The notes: a model not told the origin generated them from the letters alone. 63,877 bases of DNA, filler included, from 5 parts of 5 records of this genome joined end to end with filler, not necessarily neighbours in it, one strand, 5' to 3'. Numbered from the whole stretch's first letter, positions 1-12,366 are shown. Numbers and translations: made by a program.

Positions 1-30
1 CTCTGGCTCTGGCTCTGGCTCTGGCTCTGG
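1..30 (-). repeat. (CCAGAG)5 hexamer repeat encoding a Pro-Glu linker
   Basis: ctctgg occurs five times in tandem at the window start, in frame with the DamX-like ORF. Confidence 0.9.
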
Positions 31-1086
31 AACAGCCTGATCAGATTCTTCCACGCTGGGCAACTTGGTCTCGACGACCGGTTCCGACAACTCTACATCG
101 GTCTCAATCGGTTCAATATCCGGGCTGTCAGGGCCGATGGTGATGCTTTTGCGTACGGTTTCCGGCTCAGGTTCTGACTGCTCCCTTGCAACAGAGTCGT
201 CATACTGCTGCGATACAAGCCACCAGGAACCAGCGAGTATGACCAAGGCCAGCGCGGGCCAACGCAGATTAATCGGCATCGAAAACGTCCGCTTGGCGCC
301 ACCTCCGGTCGATGCCATATCCAACCATACGGCTGGTGTTACACGCTTGAGACGGGAAAAACTCCCCTGACTCAAACTGTGTAATTGTGACAATTTCCCT
401 GGCGACAGCAACTCCTTGGGCTTACCACCAGCTCGGTGAATTCGGGGCTCGAGATAAGCGGCGACTTCTTCTTTTGTCAGTGGGCGAAGATGAACCTGAT
501 GCACGCCGGCACCGTCCCCTGACAACCCAAGCATCTCAATCAACCGCCCGCTGCCACTGAACACAGGAACCGCCGCCGCAGATCGATCTGCGGATTCAAA
601 AGCAGAAAACAACAATCTCAGTAGCTCGGTGGGTGCACGATCCGCATCATCGATCAGCAGGACCATCCGCTGCCCCTTCCGAGCCCTGATTTCAGACCAT
701 CGGAAAAAGCCGTAAATGGCGTCACGCGCACCCTCGCCAGGATTCAACCCCTTGTGCGCAATACCGAGCAGCGCCCGTGACAGCGCCTGAGTACTCGTCA
801 GCGCCGCAGCTGGTACCCGATGAAAATCCAGACGGGAAGACTCACTTCTCACCAGTTCCGCAAGCAACCGACTTTTGCCCGCCCCCACATCACCAGTGAG
901 AAGCAAAGCGAGGTCACCAAAACCACAGAGGTGACGAAGCGTTTCCAGGGCGTGGTGGCGAGAGGCATCCGGAAAGAAGGGTGTTTCCATATCCAACGGA
1001 TCGGCCCTTAACCCATAACGCTCTTGGAGTCGCGGAAACAAGCCACCACCGTCATGACTATTGAGTCCTTCGTTGTTCACCGTCAT
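1..1086 (-). CDS. AAA-ATPase / DamX-like cell-division protein (3' end runs off the window; SPOR domain expected downstream)
   Basis: Absent from the ORF track because it has no stop codon in the window. Manual translation from ATG at 1086 gives MTVNNEGLN...LRHLCGFGDLALLLTGDVGAGKSRLLAEL (Walker A), and the same frame reads PEPEPEPEPE at the window edge. Sits in the usual damX position after aroK-aroB. Confidence 0.8.
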   Translation of the reverse strand, partial: MTVNNEGLNSHDGGGLFPRLQERYGLRADPLDMETPFFPDASRHHALETLRHLCGFGDLALLLTGDVGAGKSRLLAELVRSESSRLDFHRVPAAALTSTQALSRALLGIAHKGLNPGEGARDAIYGFFRWSEIRARKGQRMVLLIDDADRAPTELLRLLFSAFESADRSAAAVPVFSGSGRLIEMLGLSGDGAGVHQVHLRPLTKEEVAAYLEPRIHRAGGKPKELLSPGKLSQLHSLSQGSFSRLKRVTPAVWLDMASTGGGAKRTFSMPINLRWPALALVILAGSWWLVSQQYDDSVAREQSEPEPETVRKSITIGPDSPDIEPIETDVELSEPVVETKLPSVEESDQAVPEPEPEPEPE

Positions 1087-1115
1087 TCCCTGCTTTATCC
1101 CAGATCAATACCTGT

Positions 1116-2210
1116 TCAGACTTCTCTACAAAAGCCCCGAAGCGTGGCATCCAGTTCTCGCCTATCCACCGCATCCGTCACCACAGCATCCCCGAGCCTG
1201 CGAAGGAGGACCAAGCGCAACGAACCATCCACATTCTTCTTGTCGACTGCCATCAATCGCAGAAAATCATCGGGAGACATCCCCGTGGGTGCAAGCGCCG
1301 GAAGCTTGGCTCTCTCGATAATGCGCACAACCCTGGCACGATCCTCTTCGGTGATCATACCCTGGCGCAAGGAAAGATCCGCAGCCATCATCATGCCAGT
1401 ACCAACAGCCTCGCCGTGCAGCCAGTTGCCGTATCCAGCGAAGGTCTCAATGGCATGACCAAACGTGTGCCCAAGGTTGAGTATTGCCCGTAAACCACCT
1501 TCTCTTTCATCTTTTGCTACAACGTCCGCCTTGCAGGCGCATGAGCGATAGATAGCTTCCACCAGGGCTGTTGTTTCCAGATCAATGAGCGACGTAATTT
1601 CTTTCTCAAGCCAGGCCAGAAAATCGGTGTCCCGAATCAGGCCATACTTGATAACTTCCGCAAGGCCAGCAGACACCTCCCTTGGAGAAAGGCTCCTCAG
1701 ACTGTCGGTATCGATCAGTACAACTTCCGGTTGGTGGAAGGCACCGATCATATTCTTGCCCAACGGGTGATTGATACCGGTCTTTCCTCCGACCGAGGAG
1801 TCCACCTGCGACAACAATGTCGTCGGGATCTGGATAAAAGAGACACCACGCTGGTAGGAAGCGGCGGCAAACCCGGTCATATCCCCAACCACGCCACCCC
1901 CCAAAGCAACCAGCGTGGTTTTGCGGGAGTGACGCTTCCCCAGCAAACCGTCGAAGATACGGTTTAGCGTCTGCCAATCCTTGTATTTTTCACCGTCTGG
2001 AAGCACAACCGTATCTACCTGCTTTCCAGGGAAACAGGCTCGGGCTGACTCAAGATACAAGGGCGCAACCGTTTCGTTGGTGACGATCATGACTTGTGAA
2101 CCAGAGACAAAGGGACTCAGATCATAGCTACCCAGCAGCCCCTGACCGATAACGATTGGGTAACTTCGATCGCCCAGCTCAACCGTCAACTCCCGCAGTG
2201 AGTCACGCAT
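1116..2210 (-). CDS. aroB: 3-dehydroquinate synthase
   Basis: Motifs [39 protein letters not shown]. Confidence 0.98.
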   Translation of the reverse strand: MRDSLRELTVELGDRSYPIVIGQGLLGSYDLSPFVSGSQVMIVTNETVAPLYLESARACFPGKQVDTVVLPDGEKYKDWQTLNRIFDGLLGKRHSRKTTLVALGGGVVGDMTGFAAASYQRGVSFIQIPTTLLSQVDSSVGGKTGINHPLGKNMIGAFHQPEVVLIDTDSLRSLSPREVSAGLAEVIKYGLIRDTDFLAWLEKEITSLIDLETTALVEAIYRSCACKADVVAKDEREGGLRAILNLGHTFGHAIETFAGYGNWLHGEAVGTGMMMAADLSLRQGMITEEDRARVVRIIERAKLPALAPTGMSPDDFLRLMAVDKKNVDGSLRLVLLRRLGDAVVTDAVDRRELDATLRGFCREV

Positions 2211-2769
2211 GATTTCTGCCTTCCTTACGTATTTGCCTTTTGTGGCGAGGTGTCCTCGGATTAATCCGGTTCACCAATTGCCGTACGACCAGCCTGGGGC
2301 TCTTGCGGTCAGTAAACATGACGACATCGGCCAAGAGCGAATAGATAGGGTCCCGCACGGCAAACAGATTTCTAAGGACCGCCTCGGGGTCGTCATTCTG
2401 CAACAGGGGACGATTGCGATCCCGCCTCGTTCTTTCAACTTGCTGCTCAATCGAGGTTTTCAGGTACACCACGACGGAATCGCGTTTAAGATGCGCGTGA
2501 TTCTCTTCTTTCATCACCGCGCCACCGCCCGTCGCCAGCACTGTCTGTGGATATTCCGACAGTTCAGCCAACATGGCCGTTTCACGATGCCGAAAGCCGT
2601 CTTCCCCTTCTACGTCGAAGATCCAGGGAATATTGGCGCCGCACCGCTCTTCAATAATTCGATCGGAATCGAGAAAGCGATAGCCCAGCTCTTTGGCCAG
2701 CATGCGACCAATTGTGCTTTTTCCCGCACCCATTGGGCCGACCAGGACAACTCGTTTTGGCAAGGACAT
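2203..2769 (-). CDS. aroK: shikimate kinase
   Basis: [10 protein letters not shown]-loop, DSD, ATGGG, RPLL; directly upstream of aroB. Confidence 0.97.
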   Translation of the reverse strand: MSLPKRVVLVGPMGAGKSTIGRMLAKELGYRFLDSDRIIEERCGANIPWIFDVEGEDGFRHRETAMLAELSEYPQTVLATGGGAVMKEENHAHLKRDSVVVYLKTSIEQQVERTRRDRNRPLLQNDDPEAVLRNLFAVRDPIYSLLADVVMFTDRKSPRLVVRQLVNRINPRTPRHKRQIRKEGRNHA

Positions 2770-2848
2770 AACTTCCGCTCATCTACATTCCGGCGCGTGA
2801 GAATATCACAGGGTAACGTTTTCCATAAGTTTCAGGAAATGAACCAAC

Positions 2849-2883
2849 AAAAAAACCGCCGTGCGGAACACGGCGGTTTTTTT
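2849..2883. terminator. intrinsic terminator (bidirectional type) downstream of pilQ
   Basis: A-run, CCGCCGTG, CGGAA loop, CACGGCGG, T-run. Confidence 0.85.
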
Positions 2884-2897
2884 CGGAGGCAACCCGA

Positions 2898-5033
2898 TTA
2901 CTGAATCAGGTCGCTCTTGATGATCTTCGGTGTGATGAAGATCAACAGTTCGCTACGCTCATCAACATGCTCAGTGCGCTTGAAGAGGCGGCCGAGGTAG
3001 GGAATATCACCCAGGAACGGAGTCTTGGTAGTCGTCGTCGTAACCTCTGACTGGAAAATACCGCCCAGAACGACGGTTTCGCCATTTCCAACCAACACCT
3101 GAGTGGTTACCTCATTAGTGTTGATGGCAGGAATACCGGCGGTCACTTCACCACGGGAGTCCTGATTAACCACCAGATCCATGATGATTTTGTCATCCGG
3201 GGTGATCTGAGGGGTTACTTCAAGAGCCAACGCCGCTTCCTTGAAAGATACTGACGTCGCACCGCTGGAAGAAGCCTCTTGATAAGGGATCTCCTCACCG
3301 GACTTAATCTTGGCGGTCTGGCGATCGGCAGTAACAACGCGGGGCTGGGAAACAACTTCCGCCTGTCCGTCACTCTCCAGTGCAGAGAGTTCCAGGTCCA
3401 CAAGAAAATCATCACTGCCCAAGCCGATGGCAAATGAGGAAGCACCTTGGCCGGTGACACCCAAATCTACCGCCAGAGCGTCCGGGAAAGTGATCGTGTT
3501 GTTGGTACCACCAGCGGCTTGACGCGCCTCCTCAACCGCGTTCTGCGAACCACCCACTGAGAAAACGTTATCACCACTGACATCGTAGGCGGCACCACCC
3601 CAACGAACACCGAGATTTTCGGCAACGTTGGTTTGCGCTCTTACAATTCGAGCCTCAATGGAAACCTGACGAACAGGAACATCCCAGGTCGAAACCAGGC
3701 GGCGAATTTCATCAAGCTTTTCCGAAGTTTCACGAACACTGATCGTGTTGGTACGCGCATCTGAAGAGACGAATCCCCGAGAGGAGATAAGTTCTTCATC
3801 CGCCCTAATCAGTTCAACGACATCGGCAGCCTTGGCGTAATTCACCTGAATGATATCCAGGCGAACCGGTGCGAGCTCAGCGATCTGCTTGGACGTCTCC
3901 AGCTCAAGCTTTTCACGGGCGGCGATTTCATCGGCCGGAGCAACCAGCAGTACGTTACCAATCTGACGCTTGTCCAATCCCTTGGTCTTAAGGATCAGGT
4001 CCAGAGCCTGGTCCCAGGGCACATTCTGCAAACGCAGCGTGATGCTGCCACTGACCGTATCGCTGGCAACAAGGTTCAGACCAGTAAAGTCGGCAATCAA
4101 CTGCAATACCGAACGAACTTCGATGTCCTGGAAGTTGAGAGAGAGCTTGTCGCCGGTGTACGGGAACTTCTCCTCTCGACGAGACTCAGCTTCCTCTTCT
4201 GTCAGCCTTTCCACGCTGACGGTAAACTGCGAACCGGACTGGTAGGCAATGTAGTCGTAGTTGCCTTCCGGACGAATTTCCACAACCGCATTACCATCTT
4301 CCGTGTAGGTATCAACCCGGGTTACCGGTGTCGCGAAATCGGTAACATCAAGGCGGCGACGAAGATTGTCCGGCACACTGGTACCGTCCATCGTCAAGCG
4401 AATCTTGCCCCCGAGCTCGGACAGATCCACGGATGCATTGGCACTACCCAGATCCACAATCACGCGTCCTTCGCCATTCTGCCCACGCCTAAAATCGACT
4501 CCCGCCAGGTCGTTGCCTGCCGATGAGACCGACTGTCCTCCCGATGCAGTAGTCATCGGTGTAGAGGAAGAAGTCGAGCCTGACGCTGCGACACCACTAC
4601 CCTGACTGCCGATTGTGACGACCAGGCTGTTCTGGGTACGCACCGTCTCATAGGGAGCCAGCTCTGCCAGGTTGAAGATCAGGCGAGTGCGATCCTTGGT
4701 TTCGACAACCGTCATGCTCTGGGCGTTACCTCCCCCGAGCGAGATGTTGCGACTGTCGAGACCGCTGGTCGTGTCCCGGAGGTCCACTGCGATTCTGGCA
4801 GGTCGCTCGATCGTGTACCCGGTCGGTTCTGGTGGCTGGCCGTCAAACGCCAGCGTCACCTCGACCCGATCCCCGGACAGCGACGAAAACGACACGTCTT
4901 CCAGCGTGACCGCATTGGCCAGGCCGGATAACAACCCAAAAGCAATCACGCCGACGTATACATTGAGTTTTCTGAACATCGCTAGCCTCGACCCCAAACT
5001 TTTTTGTTCATGCATGTTTCTTTCAATAATCAT
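2898..5033 (-). CDS. pilQ: type IV pilus secretin PilQ (true start may be the ATG at 4979, MFRKLNV)
   Basis: AMIN-type N-terminal domains, LSLNFQDIEVRSVLQLIADF, secretin C-terminus PFLGDIPYLGRLF; last gene of pilMNOPQ. Confidence 0.97.
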   Translation of the reverse strand: MIIERNMHEQKSLGSRLAMFRKLNVYVGVIAFGLLSGLANAVTLEDVSFSSLSGDRVEVTLAFDGQPPEPTGYTIERPARIAVDLRDTTSGLDSRNISLGGGNAQSMTVVETKDRTRLIFNLAELAPYETVRTQNSLVVTIGSQGSGVAASGSTSSSTPMTTASGGQSVSSAGNDLAGVDFRRGQNGEGRVIVDLGSANASVDLSELGGKIRLTMDGTSVPDNLRRRLDVTDFATPVTRVDTYTEDGNAVVEIRPEGNYDYIAYQSGSQFTVSVERLTEEEAESRREEKFPYTGDKLSLNFQDIEVRSVLQLIADFTGLNLVASDTVSGSITLRLQNVPWDQALDLILKTKGLDKRQIGNVLLVAPADEIAAREKLELETSKQIAELAPVRLDIIQVNYAKAADVVELIRADEELISSRGFVSSDARTNTISVRETSEKLDEIRRLVSTWDVPVRQVSIEARIVRAQTNVAENLGVRWGGAAYDVSGDNVFSVGGSQNAVEEARQAAGGTNNTITFPDALAVDLGVTGQGASSFAIGLGSDDFLVDLELSALESDGQAEVVSQPRVVTADRQTAKIKSGEEIPYQEASSSGATSVSFKEAALALEVTPQITPDDKIIMDLVVNQDSRGEVTAGIPAINTNEVTTQVLVGNGETVVLGGIFQSEVTTTTTKTPFLGDIPYLGRLFKRTEHVDERSELLIFITPKIIKSDLIQ

Positions 5034-5045
5034 AATGCCGCTCCC

Positions 5046-5600
5046 TTAGCCCTCATTCTCATCCAGCGACAGCGAGCGTGGACGCTCGACCCACCCGCCC
5101 CGGCCATTGGGAACGATTTCAATCAGTTCAACCCGGGTTTCATTGACGCCAATAATCCGGCCGTAATTCTGCCCTACATAGTTTCCGGTGCGCACCCTAT
5201 GAATGCCGCCCATACCATCCTTGATCAGGGCAAAAAGGCTCCCGGATGCGTCACTTAAAGTGCCTACCATAGAGAGTTCCTTCAAATCGAAATTTTCGAG
5301 AACCTCTCTCGGCCGATCCAGATCCGGCTCGATATCGCTTTCCGGTTCCTGATCAACCATTGTGAGCTGGATATCAATCGGCGGTTCGAAGGGCGCTCTG
5401 CGATCCGCTGCCGAATAGCTGAAAGCCTCATACGCCTTGAACTCTGGTAAGGGTTCGACATGCCCCCGAGGCTTAGCCCGAGTGTCCGCCATAAACTTGT
5501 CAAGATCGGAAAAACCACTTCCCTGGGAGCACGCAGTCAGGAAAGATACCAGACAAATACTCATCCAGGCTTTTATTGCATGCTGTCTCGCCATGCTCAT
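5046..5600 (-). CDS. pilP: type IV pilus lipoprotein PilP
   Basis: Lipobox LTAC, GNYVGQNYGRI, GGWVERP; operon position. Confidence 0.95.
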   Translation of the reverse strand: MSMARQHAIKAWMSICLVSFLTACSQGSGFSDLDKFMADTRAKPRGHVEPLPEFKAYEAFSYSAADRRAPFEPPIDIQLTMVDQEPESDIEPDLDRPREVLENFDLKELSMVGTLSDASGSLFALIKDGMGGIHRVRTGNYVGQNYGRIIGVNETRVELIEIVPNGRGGWVERPRSLSLDENEG

Positions 5601-6208
5601 TCTCCAGCCCGGTAGCGGTAGGTACGTGCAAGAACCTGCATATTCAGCTGCTCTCCATCACCGCCTGTTGGTGTTATCGTTAGGTCGTGCAACGTCACGA
5701 TGCGAGGCAGACTTGCCACACTGCTCACAAACGTCGCCAATTCATGATAGGAGCCTGTAACCCGAATATTGATCGGTAGCTCTGCATAAAAGTCGCGCCG
5801 CTGCTCGCCTTGCAACTTAACCTCTTGAAGCTCAAGACCGCTGCCCAACGCTGTGTTGGTGATATCTTCAAGAAGTCCTGGCACCTCGGTTTCACTCGGC
5901 AACTGACGCACCAGTGCCCCGAAGGTCTCTTCCATTTCTTCCATTTGCGCCTTGAACACTTCCAGATTTGCTACTTGGTATGCCTTGTCTTCATAGCGTT
6001 TCCGTAGCTCCTGCTCCGTCTTTTCGACTCGCTCCAGTTGAGCGTATTGGTCCTTGATGAAGAACCAATAACCACCGCCGAGAATCAGGCCAAAGATGAT
6101 GATCGCCACGATGGCCTTGACTGGCGCAGGCCAGATGCCGGCATTATTGACATCCAAGTCGTTAATATCGAATTCATTGAGGTTTTTCAGTGAGTCCGCG
6201 AGGCTCAT
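5597..6208 (-). CDS. pilO: type IV pilus assembly protein PilO
   Basis: RQLPSETEVPGLLEDI, FYAELPI, LPRIVTLHD, ARTYRY. Confidence 0.96.
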   Translation of the reverse strand: MSLADSLKNLNEFDINDLDVNNAGIWPAPVKAIVAIIIFGLILGGGYWFFIKDQYAQLERVEKTEQELRKRYEDKAYQVANLEVFKAQMEEMEETFGALVRQLPSETEVPGLLEDITNTALGSGLELQEVKLQGEQRRDFYAELPINIRVTGSYHELATFVSSVASLPRIVTLHDLTITPTGGDGEQLNMQVLARTYRYRAGE

Positions 6209-6770
6209 TACTTATCCCCCCCTTCGGGCTCTGGTGTTTGCTGCTTTACCGAAAGATTGAACTGACTGTACCCGGCACGTTGGTTATCGGCAGCAGACAC
6301 ATTTGACAGATTGGGATCAGTGAACCAGTCAGATTCCTCAAAACGCCTCATCAGCGCTGAAATCCGACTGTTGGATTCCGACATCCCAACAATCTCAACC
6401 CGCTCACTCTTTTTGGTAAGGCTAGTGTAGAAAAGCCCGTCCGGCAGCGTACGAACCAACTCATCAAAGACCCGCACGATAATCGGACGCTTACCCTGGA
6501 GATCCTGAATAACCTGCATCCGCGAAAGAAGCTCATCACGCTTGCGTTTAAGGTTTTCAATCTCCTTGATCTGCTTATCCAGCTGTTTGGTTGCGGTCTC
6601 GATGTAGGCGTTCCTGGATTCCTGGTAGGCAATACGGTTGTCCATATCGGTTTTCCAGAGAAAGGTCAGACCAGCAGCAATAAAGGCCGCCCCCAGAATC
6701 ATCACCACAAACTGTTTTTGCTTCTCCGCCCGGAGTTCTTCGCGCCAGGGTCTGAGGTTAATCTTTGCCA

Positions 6771-6771
<1 letters not shown>
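6208..6771 (-). CDS. pilN: type IV pilus assembly protein PilN
   Basis: N-terminal INLRPWRE (PilM-binding INLLP-type motif), one TM helix, coiled coil. Confidence 0.96.
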
Positions 6772-7844
<1,073 letters not shown>

Positions 7845-8049
7845 CTATACCTGGTTACATGCACCGGGTTATGAAAACTCCCGACGGAGTTCTTTCATAT
7901 GTGTTTTTTATTTAAGAGAATTTCTTTAGTTTTCCGTCTACAATGCTCGTTCTTCTTTAATTGAGAAGCATTGCACCCGGGAAGCGGCTAGCCCTTCCTA
8001 AAGCAATTTCTCAAATGATAGACCTATATCCAACAGTTGTCAGAAAAAA

Positions 8050-10536
8050 ATGTCTCATTTGTTGCGTACATCTCGCCTGTTTGCATGGCTCTTTCTCACT
8101 GGACTCAGTCTCGCCACAATCGTGGCGTCAGGATTTTACCTATATCTCCGCCCCGGATTGCCTCCTGTTGAGCAACTCCTGGACATCAAGTTGCAGACCC
8201 CATTGAGGGTCTACAGCGCAGACGACAAATTAATAGCAGAATTCGGTGAAAAGAGAAGGGCACCGGTCACAATAGAACAGATCCCTACAATTCAGTTACA
8301 TGCCTTTATGGCAGCGGAGGACGCCCGTTTTTACGAACACTTCGGGGTCGACTTTAAAGGCCTGATGCGGGCTGCCATCGAACTGGTCTCCACCGGCGAG
8401 ATCCAGTCCGGCGGCAGTACCATCACAATGCAGGTTGCAAAAAATTACTTTTTGTCACGCGATCGGACGTTTATTCGCAAGTTCAACGAGATACTTCTGG
8501 CTCTTCAGATCGAGCGTGAACTGGACAAAAACCGCATCATGGAGCTCTATCTCAACAAAATTTACCTGGGCAATCGAGCTTACGGCATTGCCGCCGCCGC
8601 CCAGGTTTATTACGACAAACCCGTGACCGAGCTTTCTCTGGCAGAAATGGCCATGCTTGCCGGGCTACCAAAAGCTCCCTCAGCCTATAATCCCCTGGCA
8701 AACCCCGAACGGGCACAGATCCGTCGTGACTGGATACTCGGTCGCATGCGCGACCTTCAATACATCACCAACGATGCCTATGAACTGGCGACCAACGCTC
8801 CGCTGACTGCAAGTTTTAACGCACCGTCCACTGAAGTTGATGCGGACCACGTTGCGGAAATGGCCCGGGCTGAGCTGGTCCGGCGGTTTGGCGATGCCGC
8901 CTACACCGACGGCTACGAAGTCAGACTGACTGTCGAGAGCGAGAAACAGCAGGAGGCGACCAGGGCACTCAGGGCCGGACTGGAAGCGTATGACCGGCGT
9001 CATGGCTTTCGCGGCCCCATTGGACAGGTGGATGAAGATCAGCTGAAACCGGACAACCTCGGCAACCTGATGGCGAATTACCCCCGCGTAGCCGAACTCG
9101 TGCCTGCAGTTGTAACCCGGGTAAGAGACAAAGACAGCGAAGTTGATCTTTACGCCCGCCAGCTTGGCGAGTCCGTAATGGCATTCTCCACAATGACCTG
9201 GGCCAAACGATACAAAACCGAAAACCTGACCGGGCCCGAACCAGAAAAGCCATCTGACGTGGTCACTGTGGGTGACATCGTTTATGTAAAGCCCATGGTG
9301 GTGATGACCCCAGAGCAGCCAAATGAATCTGACACCCAGGAGCAAAGCGATGAACAGCAAGCCCTGGATATCGCCGACGTCAGGCGCGTTGCCCTCTCCC
9401 AGGTACCCGAGGTGCAGGGCGCACTAATCTCCCTTGACGCAAAAACCGGCGCCATTGAAGCACTCGCCGGCGGATACAGCTTCAGCCAGAACAAATACAA
9501 TCGCGCCACCCAGGCGAGAAGGCAGCCAGGCTCAACCTTCAAGCCATTCCTGTACCTGAGTGCGCTTGAAAGCGGCATGACACCCGCAACCATCTACAAC
9601 GATGCACCTATAGTGTTTGACGACTCCGAACTGGAGACCACATGGCGCCCCCAGAACTCATCAGGACAGTTTTACGGCCCTACTCGCCTGAGAGAAGCCC
9701 TGTACCGGTCCCGCAACCTGGTGTCAGTACGCTTGCTTCGGGACCTGGGCATCCAGAACACCATAGACTACCTTGAGCAGCTTCAGATCCCCACGGAAGA
9801 CATGCAAAAAGACCTGTCACTCTCATTGGGCAGCGGACTTCTGACACCAATGGACCTGGCCCGAGGGTTCGCAGTAATCGCCAACGGCGGCTACGATGTC
9901 GAGCCCTACCTCATCAGCCAGATTTCGGACATCAACAACGAAACAATCTTCGAAGCACCGGACGTCAAACTCTGCGATGAAAACTGCACAGAGAAACAGG
10001 AGAACAACTCCGACGACGAGAAAGAAGTTCGCATTGCCAGGCGTCTGGCCGATGAACGCTCAGTATACATCCTGCATTCCATGATGCGGGATGTAATCAG
10101 ACGAGGCACCGGCCGACGCGCTCAGGCCCTGGGACGGGATGACATCAGCGGCAAAACCGGCACCACCAATGAACAGAGAGACACCTGGTTCGGCGGCTTC
10201 AACCATGACGTAGCCACCACAGTATGGGTTGGCTTTGATCAACCACAACCTCTTGGCCGCCGAGAGTTCGGCGCCAGCACTGCCCTGCCCGTCTGGCTTG
10301 ATTACATGAAAGTGGCACTAAATGGCGAGCCATCGTCATTGATGGCGAGACCCAATGGCATCGTTAACATCCGCATCGACCCTGAAACAGGCCGGCGTGC
10401 AAGACCGGGACAAGAAGGCGCCATGTTCGAAATATTCCGCGAGGAAGATGCCCCGCCACCACTTGACCCACAAGATGATTCATCGGGTGGCAGTAACAAT
10501 GGCAGCAGCGATGACCTGTCGAGACAGATCTTCTGA
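8050..10536 (+). CDS. mrcA: penicillin-binding protein 1A
   Basis: Transglycosylase motifs EDARFYEHFG and GGSTITMQVAKN; transpeptidase motifs STFK, SRN, KTGT; divergent from pilM. Confidence 0.97.
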   Translation: MSHLLRTSRLFAWLFLTGLSLATIVASGFYLYLRPGLPPVEQLLDIKLQTPLRVYSADDKLIAEFGEKRRAPVTIEQIPTIQLHAFMAAEDARFYEHFGVDFKGLMRAAIELVSTGEIQSGGSTITMQVAKNYFLSRDRTFIRKFNEILLALQIERELDKNRIMELYLNKIYLGNRAYGIAAAAQVYYDKPVTELSLAEMAMLAGLPKAPSAYNPLANPERAQIRRDWILGRMRDLQYITNDAYELATNAPLTASFNAPSTEVDADHVAEMARAELVRRFGDAAYTDGYEVRLTVESEKQQEATRALRAGLEAYDRRHGFRGPIGQVDEDQLKPDNLGNLMANYPRVAELVPAVVTRVRDKDSEVDLYARQLGESVMAFSTMTWAKRYKTENLTGPEPEKPSDVVTVGDIVYVKPMVVMTPEQPNESDTQEQSDEQQALDIADVRRVALSQVPEVQGALISLDAKTGAIEALAGGYSFSQNKYNRATQARRQPGSTFKPFLYLSALESGMTPATIYNDAPIVFDDSELETTWRPQNSSGQFYGPTRLREALYRSRNLVSVRLLRDLGIQNTIDYLEQLQIPTEDMQKDLSLSLGSGLLTPMDLARGFAVIANGGYDVEPYLISQISDINNETIFEAPDVKLCDENCTEKQENNSDDEKEVRIARRLADERSVYILHSMMRDVIRRGTGRRAQALGRDDISGKTGTTNEQRDTWFGGFNHDVATTVWVGFDQPQPLGRREFGASTALPVWLDYMKVALNGEPSSLMARPNGIVNIRIDPETGRRARPGQEGAMFEIFREEDAPPPLDPQDDSSGGSNNGSSDDLSRQIF

Positions 10537-10567
10537 CACCAGCAAGCTGGACGGGGAATTCCACCGA

Positions 10568-10604
10568 CAAAAAAACCGGCGATTCAACAATCGCCGGTTT
10601 TTTT
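10568..10604. terminator. bidirectional intrinsic terminator between convergent mrcA and the malic enzyme gene
   Basis: A-run, CCGGCGATT, loop, AATCGCCGG, T-run. Confidence 0.9.
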
Positions 10605-10629
10605 GTTTCCGAAACTCGATTGGGCTATA

Positions 10630-11895
10630 TCAGATGATATCGTCCATCGATTTCAGTGGATAATGGGCCGGGTAGCCGTTACGAGCAACGCCTGAGTCAA
10701 CCGCCGCGCGTGCGACTGCCGCCGGAACAACTTCCAGCAGGCGCACGTCCATCGGCTTGGGAATGATGTACTCCCGCCCAAACTCGAAACTTGCAACGTC
10801 ATAGGCTTCACAGATTTCCTGCGGAACCGGCTCTTTCGCCAACTCGCGAATCGCATGAACCGCCGCCACTTTCATTTCTTCGTTGATCGCGGTCGCCCTC
10901 ACGTCGAGAGCACCACGGAAAATGAACGGGAAGCCAAGCACGTTGTTCACCTGGTTCGGGTAGTCCGAGCGGCCCGTAGCCATGATCAGGTCATCACGAG
11001 TAGCCAATGCCACTTCAGGACTGATCTCAGGATCCGGATTGGAACAGGCGAACACAATCGGATTCGGCGCCATGAGTTTTAGCTGCTCAGCACTCAACAG
11101 ATCCGGGCCGGACAGACCAAGAAATACATCGGCACCGTCCATAGCGTCATCAAGCGTACGCTTGTCGGTCTCGTTGGCAAACATTGCCTTGTACTGGTTC
11201 AGGTCATCGCGACCGGAATGAATCACGCCCTTGCGGTCCAGCATGTAGATGTTTTCGGACCGAACGCCACAGCTGATCAGCAGCTTCATGCAAGCGATAG
11301 CCGCTGCGCCAGCTCCGAGGCAAACCACTTTGGCTTCATCGATTTTCTTACCCTGCAACTCCAGGGCATTGATCATGCCCGCAGCTGTTACGATCGCGGT
11401 GCCATGCTGGTCATCATGGAAGATGGGTACACTGCACTTTTCGATCAGCGCGCGTTCGATTTCAAAGCACTCAGGGGCCTTAATGTCCTCAAGATTGATA
11501 CCGCCGAAGGTATCAGCAATACGCTCGACCGTTTCAATGAATGCCTGGGGGCTTTCGGAATTGACCTCGATATCGAACACATCAATTCCAGCAAAGCGCT
11601 TGAACAGTACGCCTTTGCCTTCCATAACCGGCTTGCTCGCCAGCGGACCGAGGTTACCCAGACCGAGGATTGCAGTGCCGTCTGAAATCACGGCTACCAG
11701 GTTACCCTTGGCGGTATATTTGTATGCGTTCTCGGGGTCCTTAGCGATCTCGCGGACCGGCTCGGCAACCCCGGGGCTGTACGCCAGCGAAAGGTCGCGG
11801 GAGGTCTTGGTGGGCTTGGTGATTTCCACACTCAGCTTACCAGGCCGCGGCTTGGCGTGGTATTCAAGGGCTGCTTCTTTCAGATCTTGAGACAT
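10630..11895 (-). CDS. maeB: NAD(P)-dependent malic enzyme, short form without PTA domain
   Basis: Start MSQDLKEAALEYH at 11895; motifs [40 protein letters not shown]. Confidence 0.93.
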   Translation of the reverse strand: MSQDLKEAALEYHAKPRPGKLSVEITKPTKTSRDLSLAYSPGVAEPVREIAKDPENAYKYTAKGNLVAVISDGTAILGLGNLGPLASKPVMEGKGVLFKRFAGIDVFDIEVNSESPQAFIETVERIADTFGGINLEDIKAPECFEIERALIEKCSVPIFHDDQHGTAIVTAAGMINALELQGKKIDEAKVVCLGAGAAAIACMKLLISCGVRSENIYMLDRKGVIHSGRDDLNQYKAMFANETDKRTLDDAMDGADVFLGLSGPDLLSAEQLKLMAPNPIVFACSNPDPEISPEVALATRDDLIMATGRSDYPNQVNNVLGFPFIFRGALDVRATAINEEMKVAAVHAIRELAKEPVPQEICEAYDVASFEFGREYIIPKPMDVRLLEVVPAAVARAAVDSGVARNGYPAHYPLKSMDDII

Positions 11896-12081
11896 TGCCA
11901 CTGTTCCGTTTGTCACGTTTAAGAGGTAATAAGCCACCGGGCCTTGCCCAGCGGAGCGCGACATTATGGCGCGAAGGACTGCATCAGACAAGGCCAGTTT
12001 GACCACTCGCTAATCAGTCAATACGGCTTTTTGCGTATACATTCGCATCAGACGCGCCCTTCAGGACGAGCCTGCAGATAC

Positions 12082-12110
12082 AAAAAAAGCGCCTCGCAAG
12101 GCGCTTTTTT
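12082..12110 (-). terminator. intrinsic terminator of rpmE
   Basis: A-run, GCGCCT, CGCA loop, AGGCGC, T-run. Confidence 0.88.
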
Positions 12111-12127
12111 CGTTATCAACATTCGAA

Positions 12128-12349
12128 TCAGGCTTTCTTGCCACCGATGCGACCACCGAAACGCTTCTGGAAACGGTCGATACGGCCACCGGTATCCATC
12201 ACTTTCTGCTTGCCTGTGTAGAACGGGTGACACTGGGAGCACACATCCAGAGTCAGGTCCTGAGTGAACGTGGAACGTGTCTTGAGAACATTACCGCAGG
12301 AACAGGTAGCGGTAATCTCGGCATACTTGGGGTGAATACCTTCTTTCAT
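12128..12349 (-). CDS. rpmE: 50S ribosomal protein L31, zinc-binding (C+) type
   Basis: [12 protein letters not shown]...[12 protein letters not shown]. Confidence 0.98.
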   Translation of the reverse strand: MKEGIHPKYAEITATCSCGNVLKTRSTFTQDLTLDVCSQCHPFYTGKQKVMDTGGRIDRFQKRFGGRIGGKKA

Positions 12350-12366
12350 GGCGAACCTCTATCGGT

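Noticed and set aside
7871..7898. Hairpin ATGAAAACTCC-CGAC-GGAGTTCTTTCAT upstream of pilM
   Set aside because: A single imperfect stem with no further support; no function can be assigned from the sequence.
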